From an uncultured Gemmatimonadales bacterium (lineage in GTDB: Bacteria > Gemmatimonadota > Gemmatimonadetes > Gemmatimonadales > GWC2-71-9): a stretch of 64,000 nt of DNA. The stretch is from contig CAWJMT010000036.1 in the NCBI GenBank assembly GCA_963844035.1, positions 128,001 to 192,000 of the forward strand, given 5' to 3'. Under the pieces are notes generated by a model that searched no databases, was not told the origin of the DNA, and saw nothing but the letters and a program-made list of their open reading frames with translations. Position numbers and translations under genes: made by a program. Below are positions 10,756 through 21,520 of this stretch, piece after piece (the first letter of the stretch is position 1; every line of letters begins with the position of its first letter).

Positions 10756-12464
10756 CAGCGTGCCGCCGTGCGACGCTGTTGCGCGAACGCGCTGAACGCG
10801 GCGGCGTCCCGGGTATTCAAGACCTGCGAGGCTTCGACCCACCCTTTGCGGGCGATGCCCACCCCCACCGCCACGTTGGCCATGCCGCCGGTCGAATGCG
10901 CGTCGGCTCCGATCGAGATCATGACGCCCAGGTCCCGGGCCTGCCGCACGACGCGCCAATCGAGGTCCAGGCGGTGCGGGTCCGCGTTGACTTCGACGGC
11001 GATGCCGCGCAACGCGGCTTTGGCGAGCACCTTCTCGAGGTCGATCTCGAACGGCTCGCGCGCCAGCAGCAGGCGACCGGTCGGGTGGCCGATGATCGTG
11101 AGGTGGGGATCGTCCATCGCGGACAACACCCGGCGGGTCATCTCGGGCTCGGTCATCCCGAACCGGCTGTGGATCGACCCAATGACAAAATCGAAACGGT
11201 CGAGCGTCTCGCTGCCGTAGTCCAGCGTGCCGTCGGCGAGAATGTCCGCCTCGACACCCTGCAGCACCCGGAACCCGTTGGCGCTGCGGTTGACCGCGTC
11301 GACCTCCTCGCGTTGCGCGGCGATCGCGGTGGGGGCGAGCCCGCCCGCGTAGGGCGAAGAGATGCTGTGATCGGTGATCCCGATCCACTCGTAGCCGGTC
11401 CCCTGGCACGCCTGTGCCCACTCTGCGACGGTGGTGGTGCCGTCGGAATAGTTGGTGTGGCAATGCAGCAGCCCGCGCAAGTCGGCCTGTTCCACGAGTG
11501 CCGGCAGGCGACCGGCGGCGGCGGCGTCGCATTCTCCCGCGCCCTCGCGCAGCTCGGGGGGGATCCACGCGAGGCCGAGTGCCTGGTACACGCTCGCCTC
11601 GTCGGGGAACGGGACGCCGGGCTCGAGCGAGATCCCGCGTGCGCGGGCGCGGGCATCGAGCTCCGCGAGGTGCGCGTCCGATCCCGTGGCGCGCACCCAG
11701 GCGAGCCCGAACGTGGCCGGCGTGGCGAGGAACACGTCGACCACGGTGCCGCTCGCAAACCGCAGGGTCACGCTCCCCTCCGAGCCCGCGAACTCCGTCA
11801 CGCCGGTCACCTGGCCGAGCCGTTTTACGAGTGATGCCCGCGCGCCGTCGCTCTCGGCGAGCACCACGAGGTCGAGATCGCGAATCACCTCGCGGCAGCG
11901 GCGCACGCTGCCGGCGAGCTCCACGGCCCGGACGCCTTCAAGGCCACGGAGCGCCTGCTGTACCCCCTGAGCTTCGGCCAGCGCATAATGAAACAGGCGG
12001 TACTCGGTGGTCTGCCGCAGGAAGACGATTGCCTTACGGACATTGGCGGCGGTTCTGGCGCCGAACCGCGGCAGCTTGGCGAGGCGGCCATCCTGCGCCG
12101 CCACGTCGAGCTCGGCGAGCGACTCGATTCCCAGGGCGCGGTGGATCTGGCGGACCTTCGCGACCCCGAGTCCCGGAATGCGCAGCATTTCCACCAGGCC
12201 GGGCGGGATCTGCTCGCGCAGCTCGTCGAGCACGCTCGACCGCCCCGCCGTCACCAGCTCGCGCACGACTTCGAGCGTGTCGGGCCCGACCCCTTTCATC
12301 TCCGCCAGCGCCCCGGTTTCCACGCCGCCGGCGACGTCGCCCGAGAACCCCGCGAGCGCCCGGGCGGCGTTCTGGTAGGCCTGGATCCGGAAGCGCGACT
12401 CGCCCTTCAGCTCAAGAAAGGCCGCGATCTGCTCGAGGGTTTGCCGGGCGGCCTGTTTATCCAT
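10755..12464 (-). CDS. polX: DNA polymerase X family with PHP domain
   Basis: [32 protein letters not shown] motifs [22 protein letters not shown]. Confidence 0.93.
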   Translation of the reverse strand: MDKQAARQTLEQIAAFLELKGESRFRIQAYQNAARALAGFSGDVAGGVETGALAEMKGVGPDTLEVVRELVTAGRSSVLDELREQIPPGLVEMLRIPGLGVAKVRQIHRALGIESLAELDVAAQDGRLAKLPRFGARTAANVRKAIVFLRQTTEYRLFHYALAEAQGVQQALRGLEGVRAVELAGSVRRCREVIRDLDLVVLAESDGARASLVKRLGQVTGVTEFAGSEGSVTLRFASGTVVDVFLATPATFGLAWVRATGSDAHLAELDARARARGISLEPGVPFPDEASVYQALGLAWIPPELREGAGECDAAAAGRLPALVEQADLRGLLHCHTNYSDGTTTVAEWAQACQGTGYEWIGITDHSISSPYAGGLAPTAIAAQREEVDAVNRSANGFRVLQGVEADILADGTLDYGSETLDRFDFVIGSIHSRFGMTEPEMTRRVLSAMDDPHLTIIGHPTGRLLLAREPFEIDLEKVLAKAALRGIAVEVNADPHRLDLDWRVVRQARDLGVMISIGADAHSTGGMANVAVGVGIARKGWVEASQVLNTRDAAAFSAFAQQRRTAAR

Positions 12465-12509
12465 AGATGACGGGAACGTACGAGCGGCGAGGGAAAGACG
12501 GAAGGACGT

Positions 12510-13349
12510 CTAGCCGCGCGGCAGAAACTCGTCCAGCGCCCGCACGAACGCGTCCGTCGCCTCGACGTGCGGGACGTGGCCGGTGGCGAGCTCCTCAATG
12601 GGCGCTTCGAGCAGGGCCGCAAGCTCACGCGCCGCCTCGATCGGCAGCGGATCGAAGGTGCCGGCAATCACGAGGGACGGACGGATCCGTCCGGCAAACG
12701 TGGTGCGAATCCGATCGCGCAGGTCGTAGCCCGCGAGACTGTCCCACACCGCCTGCTCGGTGCGTTGGGTGATGCGGAACGGCGTCAGCTCCTGCGCCTG
12801 GGCGGGGTCCCGGAAATAGGCCGCGACCGATAGCGCGAACGCGGTGCGGCGGTATGTTGCGGGGTCGCTGGTCCGCAGCCCCGAGGCCTGGAGCTCGGCG
12901 CGCGCCGCGACGATCCGCGGGTCCGCTGCCCGGGCGGCGAGGCGCTGCTGGTATTGGCCGCGCCACTGGGCGGTGACGGGGGCGGGGCACACCAGCGCGA
13001 GACGCTCGATCCGCTCGGGATGTTCGAGCGCGTAGAGCAAGGCGAGCAAGCCGCCCCAGGAGTAACCCAGCAGCGTCACGCGGTTCAGACCCCACTGCTC
13101 CCGCAGCGCATCGAGGTCCGCCACGTGCTCCCGCCACCCGGCGGGCTGGTCGCGGCCGATGGGCGACTGTCCACCGCCCCGCTGGTCGTAGTAGAGCAGC
13201 TCGCGATGTTGAGCCAGGCGATCGTATTGCGGGAGCAGGTAGTCGTGATGGGCGCCGGGGCCGCCGTGCAGCACCACGACGGGTGGACCGGCACCGATGC
13301 GACGCGTGTAGAGGCGCACGCCGTTCACGACGCTGGCGTTCGAGTTCAC
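12510..13349 (-). CDS. Alpha/beta hydrolase (proline iminopeptidase-like)
   Basis: HGGPG, YDQRGGGQS, GYSWGG nucleophile elbow, GH near the C-terminus; start approximate. Confidence 0.88.
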   Translation of the reverse strand: MNSNASVVNGVRLYTRRIGAGPPVVVLHGGPGAHHDYLLPQYDRLAQHRELLYYDQRGGGQSPIGRDQPAGWREHVADLDALREQWGLNRVTLLGYSWGGLLALLYALEHPERIERLALVCPAPVTAQWRGQYQQRLAARAADPRIVAARAELQASGLRTSDPATYRRTAFALSVAAYFRDPAQAQELTPFRITQRTEQAVWDSLAGYDLRDRIRTTFAGRIRPSLVIAGTFDPLPIEAARELAALLEAPIEELATGHVPHVEATDAFVRALDEFLPRG

Positions 13350-13373
13350 TGATTCCCAAGTTAAGCGGTTCGC

Positions 13374-15155
13374 GTGAAAGCAACTCTGCCGCCCCAAAGG
13401 GCGATTCGTTTCCCGGCGGCCCTCGCGTCCCCGTTGCTCCGGGGCGCCGGGCTTCCCGATGCCGTCGTGCTCTGCATGCTCGCCGGCGTGATCGCCATGG
13501 TGGTCACGTTCGCGCGGGAGTTTGACGCACCGTTTCGTCAGGCGGTGCAGATCGATCTGAGCGCGGCGGCGCTGCCGCGCTATGCGCTTTACTCGCTCAG
13601 CCGGGGCGTCAGCGCGCTGCTCTTCTCGTACCTGTTCGCCCTCGGGTTCGGCTGGGCGGCCGCGAAATCACCAGCCGCCGAACGGCTGCTCCTTCCGCTG
13701 ATCGATATCCTGCAAAGCATCCCCGTGCTCGGGTTCCTGCCCGGCCTCGTGCTCGGGCTCGTGGCCCTGTTCCCCACCCGCAACGTGGGGCTCGAGCTGG
13801 CCGCGATTCTCATGATCTTCACGGCGCAGGCGTGGAACCTAGCGCTGTCCTTCTATGGATCGATCAAGGGTCTGCCTGCGCCGCTGCGCGAGGCAACCCA
13901 GATGTCAGGCTGGAGTGGGTCGCGGATGTTCTGGCGCCTCGAGGTCCCGGCGGCGGCCCAGGGGCTCGTGTGGAACGGCATGCTGTCGATGGCCGGGGGA
14001 TGGTTCTTTCTCATGGTGAACGAGGCCTTCCGGCTCGGCGACCGCGACTACCGGCTGCCGGGGATCGGATCGTACATGAGCGTTGCGCTCGATCAGGGGA
14101 ACGCCCCGGCCATGGCCCTCGCAATTGTCACGATGATCGTAATGATCGTGTGCGTGGATCAGCTGCTGTGGCGACCGCTCGTGGTGTGGGTTGAGAAGTT
14201 CCGCCTGGACGACACGGCGCGCGCCACGGAGACATCGTGGCTGCTCGACTTCCTGCGGCGGGCGCGGCTGCCGCGCCGCGTGGCCGTGCTGCGCCGTCGC
14301 GCGTACCGTACGGCGCGCCGCGCCACGGCGCCGCTGTACCGCCCGTTGCAGGCGGCCGCGCGGCCGGTCGCGTCGGGACCACGGCTGCGGGCGCTGCGGC
14401 CGGTGTTGGCGCGGGCCGGCGTCGTGATCCTCGTGGTCGGTTGTGCCGGCGGCGCGGTGTTCGGTCTGTGGACCCTGTGGCAGCTGCTGCGCCAGCTCGG
14501 CCGGGCGGACTGGGGGACGCTCGCGGTGACGAGCGGGCTGACGTTCGCGCGGGTCATGGGCGCCGTGGTTCTCTCAACCGTCTGGGCGCTGCCCGTGGGA
14601 GTGATCATCGGTCGGTCGCCCCGATTGGCCCGACTGATGCAGCCGATCATCCAGGTGGTCGCCGCGTTTCCGGCTCCGATGCTCTTTCCACTCGTCATCA
14701 TTGTGTTGGAGAGCCTCGGGTTGGGACTCGGGCTGGGTGCGGTAGGGCTCATGGTGCTCGCGGGCCAGTGGTATATCCTCTTCAACGTCATATCCGGTGT
14801 CGCAGCGCTGCCGGAGGAGCTGAAGGATGCTGCGAACGTGTTTCAGCTCTCGAACGTGGCGCGCTGGCGGATCCTGTATTTGCCTGCGGCGTTTCCCGCC
14901 CTCGTCACCGGATGGTTGACGGCCGCGGGTGGCGCGTGGAACGGCTCCATCGTGGCCGAATACATCGAAGTGGGGGGAACGTTGCGCACGGCGCGCGGTC
15001 TCGGGAGCCTCATCAGCGAGGCGACGGCGCATGCGAACTTTCCGCTCCTCGCGGGAGGGATTGCCTCGATGAGCCTCATCGTCGTTGGATGGAACCGGCT
15101 CGTTTGGCGCCCGCTCACGCGGTGGGCGCACGATCGCTACGGGTTCGGGCAATGA
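13374..15155 (+). CDS. NitT/TauT-family ABC transporter permease (duplicated TM domain)
   Basis: DILQSIPVLGF, GGWFFL, QWYILFNVI, GGAWNGSIVAE. Confidence 0.9.
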   Translation: MKATLPPQRAIRFPAALASPLLRGAGLPDAVVLCMLAGVIAMVVTFAREFDAPFRQAVQIDLSAAALPRYALYSLSRGVSALLFSYLFALGFGWAAAKSPAAERLLLPLIDILQSIPVLGFLPGLVLGLVALFPTRNVGLELAAILMIFTAQAWNLALSFYGSIKGLPAPLREATQMSGWSGSRMFWRLEVPAAAQGLVWNGMLSMAGGWFFLMVNEAFRLGDRDYRLPGIGSYMSVALDQGNAPAMALAIVTMIVMIVCVDQLLWRPLVVWVEKFRLDDTARATETSWLLDFLRRARLPRRVAVLRRRAYRTARRATAPLYRPLQAAARPVASGPRLRALRPVLARAGVVILVVGCAGGAVFGLWTLWQLLRQLGRADWGTLAVTSGLTFARVMGAVVLSTVWALPVGVIIGRSPRLARLMQPIIQVVAAFPAPMLFPLVIIVLESLGLGLGLGAVGLMVLAGQWYILFNVISGVAALPEELKDAANVFQLSNVARWRILYLPAAFPALVTGWLTAAGGAWNGSIVAEYIEVGGTLRTARGLGSLISEATAHANFPLLAGGIASMSLIVVGWNRLVWRPLTRWAHDRYGFGQ

Positions 15156-16456
15156 CCGCCGGCGAGCCGTTGCTGGACGTGCAACACGTGACCCACCGGT
15201 TCCGGCTGCCGAACGGCCAGATCCTGGAGGCGCTGCGCGACGTTTCGCTGGCGGTGCGCGAGCAGGAAGTGGTGGCGCTGGTAGGTCCATCGGGGTGCGG
15301 CAAGAGCACGCTGCTGCGGATGCTCGCCGGCCTCACGCGCCCCACCCAGGGTACGGTCCTGCACCGCGGGCAAGCCCTCACCGGTGTCGTGAGTGCCACG
15401 GCGATGGTATTCCAATCATTCGCCCTGCTGCCGTGGCTCACGGTGACCGAAAACGTGGCGATGGGACTCGAGGCGCGTGGCGTGGACGGCGCGGCGCGGC
15501 ACGATGCGGCCGCTCGGGCGATCAACCTGGTGGGCCTCGAAGGTTTCGAGCACGCCTACCCGAAGGAGCTCTCGGGAGGCATGAAGCAGCGGGTGGGGTT
15601 TGCCCGCGCGCTCGCCGTCGCGCCGGAGATCCTGCTGATGGACGAGCCGTTCGGCGCGCTCGATCCGCTGACGGCCGAAAACCTCCGGAGCCAGGTGGTG
15701 GATCTCTGGCGGGATCCGGCGACGGGCGTGAATACGCTGGTCATTGTGACGCACAGCGTCGAAGAGGCGGTGTTCCTCGCCAGCCGGATCGTCGTATTCG
15801 GAACCAATCCCGGCCACATTCGCGAGGAGCTGGTGAACTCGCTTCCCTATCCCCGCCATGAGCGGAGCCCCGACTTCGAGCGGATGGTGGATCGCCTGCA
15901 TGCGATCCTTACCGCCACGCTGTTGCCCGAACCCGAGCCGGTGCAGGGGCAGGCACCGCCCAAGCTCGTGCCGTTCCCGCGCGTCCACGTGGCCGAGGTC
16001 ACCGGTCTGCTCGATCACCTACTCACGCAGGGCGAGGGCCGGGGCGAAGTGTTTGAGCTCGCCGAAAACCTGGGAGTGGACTACGACCGGATGACCGCCG
16101 TAACGCGGGCGGCCGAGCAACTGGGCTGGGTCGTAACCCCGGGCGAGGTAGTGGAACTCACCCCGGCCGGTACGGAGTACATGTCCGGGGACGCCGCCGC
16201 CCGCAAGGCGGCCGTGCGGGTGCGCCTGTCCCGGCATCCACTGTTCGCGCGCGTCCTGGCCATGCTGCAGGAGGGGGGTGACGAAGGAGAAGACGGCGGG
16301 ATCCTGAGCGACGAGGACGTACTCGCCGACCTGACGATCTGCTTTCCGTTCATCCCCGCCGAATCGCTGTTCGCCACGCTGGTCGAGTGGGGCCGGGACG
16401 CGGGGCTGCTGGATCACGATGTCGAAGCGGGCCGGCTCACGCTTCCGGAGGCGTAG
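15152..16456 (+). CDS. NitT/TauT-family ABC ATP-binding protein with C-terminal AAA-associated domain
   Basis: GPSGCGKS, LSGGMKQR, LLMDEPF, VTH; ATG overlaps the permease stop. Confidence 0.92.
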   Translation: MTAGEPLLDVQHVTHRFRLPNGQILEALRDVSLAVREQEVVALVGPSGCGKSTLLRMLAGLTRPTQGTVLHRGQALTGVVSATAMVFQSFALLPWLTVTENVAMGLEARGVDGAARHDAAARAINLVGLEGFEHAYPKELSGGMKQRVGFARALAVAPEILLMDEPFGALDPLTAENLRSQVVDLWRDPATGVNTLVIVTHSVEEAVFLASRIVVFGTNPGHIREELVNSLPYPRHERSPDFERMVDRLHAILTATLLPEPEPVQGQAPPKLVPFPRVHVAEVTGLLDHLLTQGEGRGEVFELAENLGVDYDRMTAVTRAAEQLGWVVTPGEVVELTPAGTEYMSGDAAARKAAVRVRLSRHPLFARVLAMLQEGGDEGEDGGILSDEDVLADLTICFPFIPAESLFATLVEWGRDAGLLDHDVEAGRLTLPEA

Positions 16457-16474
16457 CGCCGGCCCGCGGCATGC

Positions 16475-17188
16475 TTACAACGCGAACGACAGGCCCACCT
16501 GGAGCAGAAAGACATCGCCCTCACTCTGAATCGGCTGGAGTGTGACCGAGCCGTCCGAATTCTCGAGAATGTCGCCCTCCCGCAGGTAGGTTACGTCACC
16601 ATGCTTCACGAAGATCGCGCCCAGATCGAGCGCCACGCTGTGTGAGAGATCGATGCGCAGCCCGCCTCCCCCAGCGAGCGATGTAACCGCGTCGTCATAG
16701 TTGGTGGCTCCGCAGCAGCCACCGACCGACGTTTCCGTCGCAAAGTAGGAGACGCCGGCGGTCCCGAAGATGTAGGGCCGCACCCGTCCCGTCCCCAGGA
16801 CAAACTCCGGCCCGGCGCGCAACGAAGCGACGAAGAACGAGGTGGTCATTTCGGCCCCTGCCAGCAGGCCGCCGCTAAGCGCGGCTGGCAGCGGGCGATT
16901 CTCGCTGCCGTATTGCAGGTAGGTCCCGTCGATCCGCAACGCCACCGTGCCGCGGCGGTTGAAGTTCAAGCTCAGGTTGGCGTTGAGGCCTCCCAGGCTA
17001 TTTTCACCTACCTCGTCGCTGAATTGCCCAACCGCAGTGCCTCCCGCGATTGCGAACCCGAGACTGCCCCACGAGTTACGAGCCCTGTGAGAGCTCTCCA
17101 CCTCGCGGTACCCACGGTGTCTTTGAGCCGATCCCACTGTCGCGGCGAGAAACAACAGACCTAGTGCGAAACCGACTGTACGTCGCAT
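16475..17188 (-). CDS. Outer-membrane beta-barrel protein
   Basis: Signal peptide, alternating amphipathic strands, RPYIFG, C-terminal LQVGLSFAL. Confidence 0.7.
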   Translation of the reverse strand: MRRTVGFALGLLFLAATVGSAQRHRGYREVESSHRARNSWGSLGFAIAGGTAVGQFSDEVGENSLGGLNANLSLNFNRRGTVALRIDGTYLQYGSENRPLPAALSGGLLAGAEMTTSFFVASLRAGPEFVLGTGRVRPYIFGTAGVSYFATETSVGGCCGATNYDDAVTSLAGGGGLRIDLSHSVALDLGAIFVKHGDVTYLREGDILENSDGSVTLQPIQSEGDVFLLQVGLSFAL

Positions 17189-17260
17189 ACCCCCCCCACG
17201 GTTGAGGACAAACCACATGAGGGGAAGAGAAGGCAACGTGTGTGCCCGGCCGACGCCCGG

Positions 17261-17277
17261 AGCTCCGCGCGTGCCAA
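17261..17277 (-). promoter_or_regulatory. Candidate sigma-54 (-24/-12) promoter
   Basis: TTGGCACGCGCGGAGCT on the minus strand, GG-N10-GC spacing, about 70 bp upstream of ATG 17188. Confidence 0.5.
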
Positions 17278-17516
17278 ATAGCGGCGGGCCTTGGACTTCA
17301 CGGCGGGGCACGCCGGGAGGGGTCCGCGCCGAGCGGATCGACCGGCCCCTCCAGGGGACACGGGCATGGGACCCGACACGACGGCGTGGTGTTCGACAAC
17401 CCCCCGGCACCCGCGCGGACGCTTGGCGGCCAAACGATGACGGGGATAGTATGACACGGTGAGCGACGCCTCCGGCCGTAATGGCCCGCGCTCCACACAC
17501 CCCAAGGGAGCATGCG

Positions 17517-18038
17517 ATGAAGCGACCTGAAGAATTGATTTCCCGTGGCTTTATCACCGGTTTGATCGGGGCCGCCGCGGTCGCGCTCTGGTTTCTCTTC
17601 ATCGACTTCAGCGACGGGCATCCATTCCGCACGCCGGCAGCGCTCGGATCAGCTCTGTTGTTCGGAATAACCGGGGTGGAGATGATGAAGGTCACGTTCG
17701 GGGTCGTGGCGGCGTACACGCTCGTCCACGTGGTCGCGTTCGTCGTGGCGGGAATAGGTTTCGTGTGGATCGCGGATCAAGTCGAGCGGTCGTCTTCCCT
17801 CGTGCTCCTGACGATACCGGCCGCGATCGCCCTCGAGGCGGTCGTCGTTACCGGGCTGGCAATGAGCGGCGAGTGGGTGCTGGGCACCCTGGGCGTCTGG
17901 TCGGTGCTGTTCGCGAACCTATTCGCCGTGCTCGCGATGGGCGGGTACATCTGGCGCACGCACCCGAAGCTCCGGCACGGCCGGGGCGCGAAGGGCGGCG
18001 CACCCACCCCCGATCGATCGGGGTCCCAGACGCGCTAG
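17517..18038 (+). CDS. Hypothetical membrane protein (about 4 TM)
   Basis: Hydrophobic helices, GHPFRTPAALG motif, GGGAG RBS upstream. Confidence 0.75.
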   Translation: MKRPEELISRGFITGLIGAAAVALWFLFIDFSDGHPFRTPAALGSALLFGITGVEMMKVTFGVVAAYTLVHVVAFVVAGIGFVWIADQVERSSSLVLLTIPAAIALEAVVVTGLAMSGEWVLGTLGVWSVLFANLFAVLAMGGYIWRTHPKLRHGRGAKGGAPTPDRSGSQTR

Positions 18039-18059
18039 TTGTGCCGACGTGCCGTGCCG

Positions 18060-18488
18060 CTACAACAGCACGGCAAGAGCGTCCGCGACCCGTTTGACCG
18101 CGGCGTGATGCGCGGGGCTGAACCCCGCGGGCACGTCGGAATCCACATCCAGCTGGCCGAGGATCGTCGTGCCGCGTCGGATCAGCACGACCAGCTCGGC
18201 CCGCGTGTCCGTGTTGCATGCGAGGTAGTTGCCGATCGCCGTCACATCCGGGACGAGCTGATCCTGGCCGGTGGCGACGGCGGTTCCGCAAACGCCAACG
18301 CCGACCGGGATGCGTACATGCTCGGTCGTGCGACCGGAGAACGCCTCCAGCACCAGCTCACCGCCGTGCAGCATGTACGCGTAGACCGACGTGAAGGGAG
18401 CGCCCCAGGCACTGAGGCGCTGGCAGGCCAACTCTAGCAGCTGTGATCTCGGCGCATCGTGCAGGTGAGCGGCCCGGAGGGCGCGCAC
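18060..18488 (-). CDS. Stand-alone GAF domain protein (free Met-R-sulfoxide reductase-like)
   Basis: RIPVGVGVCGTA, VPDV...YLAC, GQLDVDSD; start approximate. Confidence 0.8.
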   Translation of the reverse strand: MRALRAAHLHDAPRSQLLELACQRLSAWGAPFTSVYAYMLHGGELVLEAFSGRTTEHVRIPVGVGVCGTAVATGQDQLVPDVTAIGNYLACNTDTRAELVVLIRRGTTILGQLDVDSDVPAGFSPAHHAAVKRVADALAVLL

Positions 18489-18514
18489 CAGCGCGGCTGC
18501 GTCCGACTCCAGGC

Positions 18515-19771
18515 TCAGGAGCTTCCCCGCTTTCCGAGCACCGCGTTGAGCTGGATCGGGGCCCCGTCGCGCGTCACCGCAATGATCACCGAGTCACCCG
18601 GTTGGTGGCTGCGCAGCGCCTCGGTCATCTCGATCAGGTTCGCAATGGGCTTACCGGCCATTCCCGTGATCACGTCGCCGGCCTTGAGACCCGCCCGCTC
18701 GGCGGGGCTGCCTGCGCGTACGCCGACGAGCCGCACGCCTCCCGGCGAGGTGGTCATGTCCGGGATCGTCCCCAGGTACGCGCCGTAGCCCGACCCGCCG
18801 GCCGCCATCTGGGGCGGCGCGGCGTCGACAAACGTGAGGGGCGCCGGGCGATTGGCGAGTGCCCACGCCACGTCCGCCACGAACGCGGCCACGCGCGCGA
18901 GTCCGACGGCATTGATCTTTTGCCAGCGGTCGGTGGTGCGGTGGTAGTCCTCGTGGAGATCGGTGAAGAACTGCAGCACCGGCCGCTTGGCCGCGAAGAA
19001 CGAAGCGTGGTCGCTCGGCCCCCAGCCATCCCCCGACGCCCGCAGGGTGAAGCGCGCGCCCTCTTTGCCGTTCAGCGAGTCGAGCAGGGCCGGGAACTCC
19101 CGCGCGGTGGCAGCGCCCAGCGCGAGGAGACGATCGTTTCGCAGCCGGCCCACCATATCCATGTTGAGCATCGCGTAGATCGAGTCGACCGGCTCGACGA
19201 GGGGATGCTTCACGAAGTACGCCGACCCGATGGTGCCGAGCTCCTCGCCGCTGAAGGCGATGAACACGATGGTCCGCGCCGGGTGCCGGGCGTGCAACAG
19301 CCGGGCGACCTCGAGCAGCGCCGCGACCCCGGACGCGTTGTCATCCGCGCCGTCGTGGACCTTGCCGGTGCTGTCGGGATCGAGGGCGCCAAAGTCGCCG
19401 AACCCCAGGTGATCGTAGTGCGCTCCCACTACGACGACCTGCCCACGCAGCGCCGGCGAGCTGCCCCGTAGCACCGCCACGACGTTCTGGGTTTTCGCGC
19501 CGCCGAGGGTGGTATGGAGCACGGCGGGCGCGTCGGGCGGGATGGTGAACGGCTGGAGATAGGAGCGGTCCGCGCCAGCGGGGGCGACGCCGGCGCGCTT
19601 GAACGCGTCGGCGATGTAGTGGGCCGCCTCGTCGAGCCCGCGGGTCCCCACGCCGCGCCCTTCGCGGGCGTCGTCGGCGAGATACTGCACGTCTTTGAGC
19701 ACGCGGCGCGCCGCGGGGGGTAAGGTGTCCTGCGCCATGGCGGCGGCGATCAGCAGATAGGTCGCGATCAT
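18515..19771 (-). CDS. M28 family peptidase with C-terminal PDZ domain
   Basis: GAHYDHLG, GADDNASG, FSGEELG, SDHASF, YH; PDZ YLGTIPD...GSPAERAGLKAGD. Confidence 0.92.
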   Translation of the reverse strand: MIATYLLIAAAMAQDTLPPAARRVLKDVQYLADDAREGRGVGTRGLDEAAHYIADAFKRAGVAPAGADRSYLQPFTIPPDAPAVLHTTLGGAKTQNVVAVLRGSSPALRGQVVVVGAHYDHLGFGDFGALDPDSTGKVHDGADDNASGVAALLEVARLLHARHPARTIVFIAFSGEELGTIGSAYFVKHPLVEPVDSIYAMLNMDMVGRLRNDRLLALGAATAREFPALLDSLNGKEGARFTLRASGDGWGPSDHASFFAAKRPVLQFFTDLHEDYHRTTDRWQKINAVGLARVAAFVADVAWALANRPAPLTFVDAAPPQMAAGGSGYGAYLGTIPDMTTSPGGVRLVGVRAGSPAERAGLKAGDVITGMAGKPIANLIEMTEALRSHQPGDSVIIAVTRDGAPIQLNAVLGKRGSS

Positions 19772-19852
19772 GGACGGATATCTATGTGCGGCCGAGGTTT
19801 GGCGGAAGCCGGTTGGCGGCCTAGTTGCGCCATGCCTAGATTCTCAAGCTCG

Positions 19853-21520
19853 ATGCCGACTCCAGACGCGCTCGCCGCGCAGTTCGCGCGGTGCGTGGAG
19901 AGCCTCCGCACCTCGGAGGCGAAAGAGGAACAGAAGGCCGAGTTCCGGGCGCTCATGGCGCTGCTGGAGAAAGCGGGACTGGCCCTGCGCGAGGAGCAGG
20001 GCCGGGTCACCGTCAACGGCGCGCCGGTAGATCGATTGTCGGTGGCGTCGCTGTTGCCCCGGCTGACCCTGCACGACCTCGCCGGTTTCGATGTGCCGCG
20101 GGCCCCCATCCCAGCCGAAGTGTTCGAGCTCATCAGAGCGCTTGCCGAGGAGCCCGGCGAGGCGGCAGTCGATGCCAAGCTCGACTCGGGCGTGGGGCGG
20201 GTATCGGTGATCCGTGTGGGCTCCCCACCACCGCCGTCCTCTCTCGGGACCGAAGGTATTCTGCGCGGCGATCCGATGACCGACATTGCGTCGCCTCACG
20301 TGCAGGTGCCGGGCGCGTCGTTCATCACGCACGATTCCACATTGCCGCCGGAGCACGCCCTACCGGCGGAGGGCAGAGTCAAGGCGTCCAAGGCTCTCCC
20401 GGGGGTTAGCGAGTTACCCCCGGCTCCTCCACCCGTTCCGGTCCCACCCCCAGCCGCGCCGGCTCCGGAGCAACCATCTGCGCCGGCGTTTGCGCCGGCC
20501 ATCGCTCGCTCGCAGACGACCGCCGCGCTGTTGCAGGAGCTCGAACGCGCTCCGGAAGCTTCCCACGTGGGGGAGCTGCTCTCGGTGCTCGGTCGGCAGG
20601 TCGAGGACGCGGTTCAGCACGACCGAACCGAGCAGGCGCTCACCATCGCCGCGACGCTGGTGCGACTGGAGCTGCGCGTGCCCGAGGGAGGCGCGCGGCG
20701 GCAATACGGAATCGCGCTGCGGCGGATGTATTCCAAGCCGTTGCTCAAGCTGCTCGCCGGGCTCCTGTCTGCGCCCAAGCACGAAGCCGACGCCGTCCTC
20801 GCGCTCCAGCGGGCGGGGCTGGATGCGGTCGAGGTGTTGATCGACCGCTTGGTGGCTGCGCCGGGGGTCGGCGAGCGCCGGGCGCTGTTCGACACCCTGC
20901 GCCAGATGCACGGGGGGCAGGAGCAGCTCATCCCGCTGCTGCGTCACAGCAAGTGGTTAGTGGTGCGCAATGTTGCGGAGCTGATCGGCGAGCTGGGCAT
21001 GGAAGGAGCGGTGCCGCATCTCGCCCAGGCTCTCGGACACGAGGACGAGCGCGTGCGAAAGGCGGTGGCGCTCGCCCTCGCGAAGATCGGCACCGCGAAC
21101 ACGGCGGAGCCGCTGCGCCGAGCCTTGAAAGACAAATCGCCCGAAGTGCGCATTCAAGTGGCGGTGGGTCTCGGAGGACGGCGCGCGATGGGAGCCGTGA
21201 TGTCGCTGGTTGCGGCGCTCGAGGCTGAGGAAGACGAGGCCGTGCGTCGCGAGCTGATCCTCGCGCTGGGGCATATCGGCACCCCCGACGCCGTTCAGTC
21301 ACTCATCAAGATTGCGCAGCCCTCGGGGCGCTTCTTCGATCGGAAGCCGGCGGGGCTGCGTCTCGCCGCCGTGGAGGCGTTGCGTCTGGCCGGGACCGCC
21401 CCCGCAATCGGAACGCTCGAGGGACTGAGCGAGGACGGTGACAAAGAGGTCCGTGCAGCCGCGCAGGCCGCCGCGAAAGAACTGACGCGCCGGCCTCAGC
21501 GCAAGTCGACTTCATCCTAG
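19853..21520 (+). CDS. HEAT-repeat protein with Pro-rich linker
   Basis: Repeated ..D..VR..A..AL..IG units in the C-terminal half; start approximate. Confidence 0.8.
   Translation: MPTPDALAAQFARCVESLRTSEAKEEQKAEFRALMALLEKAGLALREEQGRVTVNGAPVDRLSVASLLPRLTLHDLAGFDVPRAPIPAEVFELIRALAEEPGEAAVDAKLDSGVGRVSVIRVGSPPPPSSLGTEGILRGDPMTDIASPHVQVPGASFITHDSTLPPEHALPAEGRVKASKALPGVSELPPAPPPVPVPPPAAPAPEQPSAPAFAPAIARSQTTAALLQELERAPEASHVGELLSVLGRQVEDAVQHDRTEQALTIAATLVRLELRVPEGGARRQYGIALRRMYSKPLLKLLAGLLSAPKHEADAVLALQRAGLDAVEVLIDRLVAAPGVGERRALFDTLRQMHGGQEQLIPLLRHSKWLVVRNVAELIGELGMEGAVPHLAQALGHEDERVRKAVALALAKIGTANTAEPLRRALKDKSPEVRIQVAVGLGGRRAMGAVMSLVAALEAEEDEAVRRELILALGHIGTPDAVQSLIKIAQPSGRFFDRKPAGLRLAAVEALRLAGTAPAIGTLEGLSEDGDKEVRAAAQAAAKELTRRPQRKSTSS

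Noticed and set aside
10075..12464. polX-nth coupling as a novel repair system
   Set aside because: Both are well-known base-excision repair proteins with canonical motifs; adjacency alone is unremarkable.
12467..12509. Purine-rich intergenic GGAAAGACG motif, also near 25640
   Set aside because: Too short and degenerate to call a repeat family from two copies.
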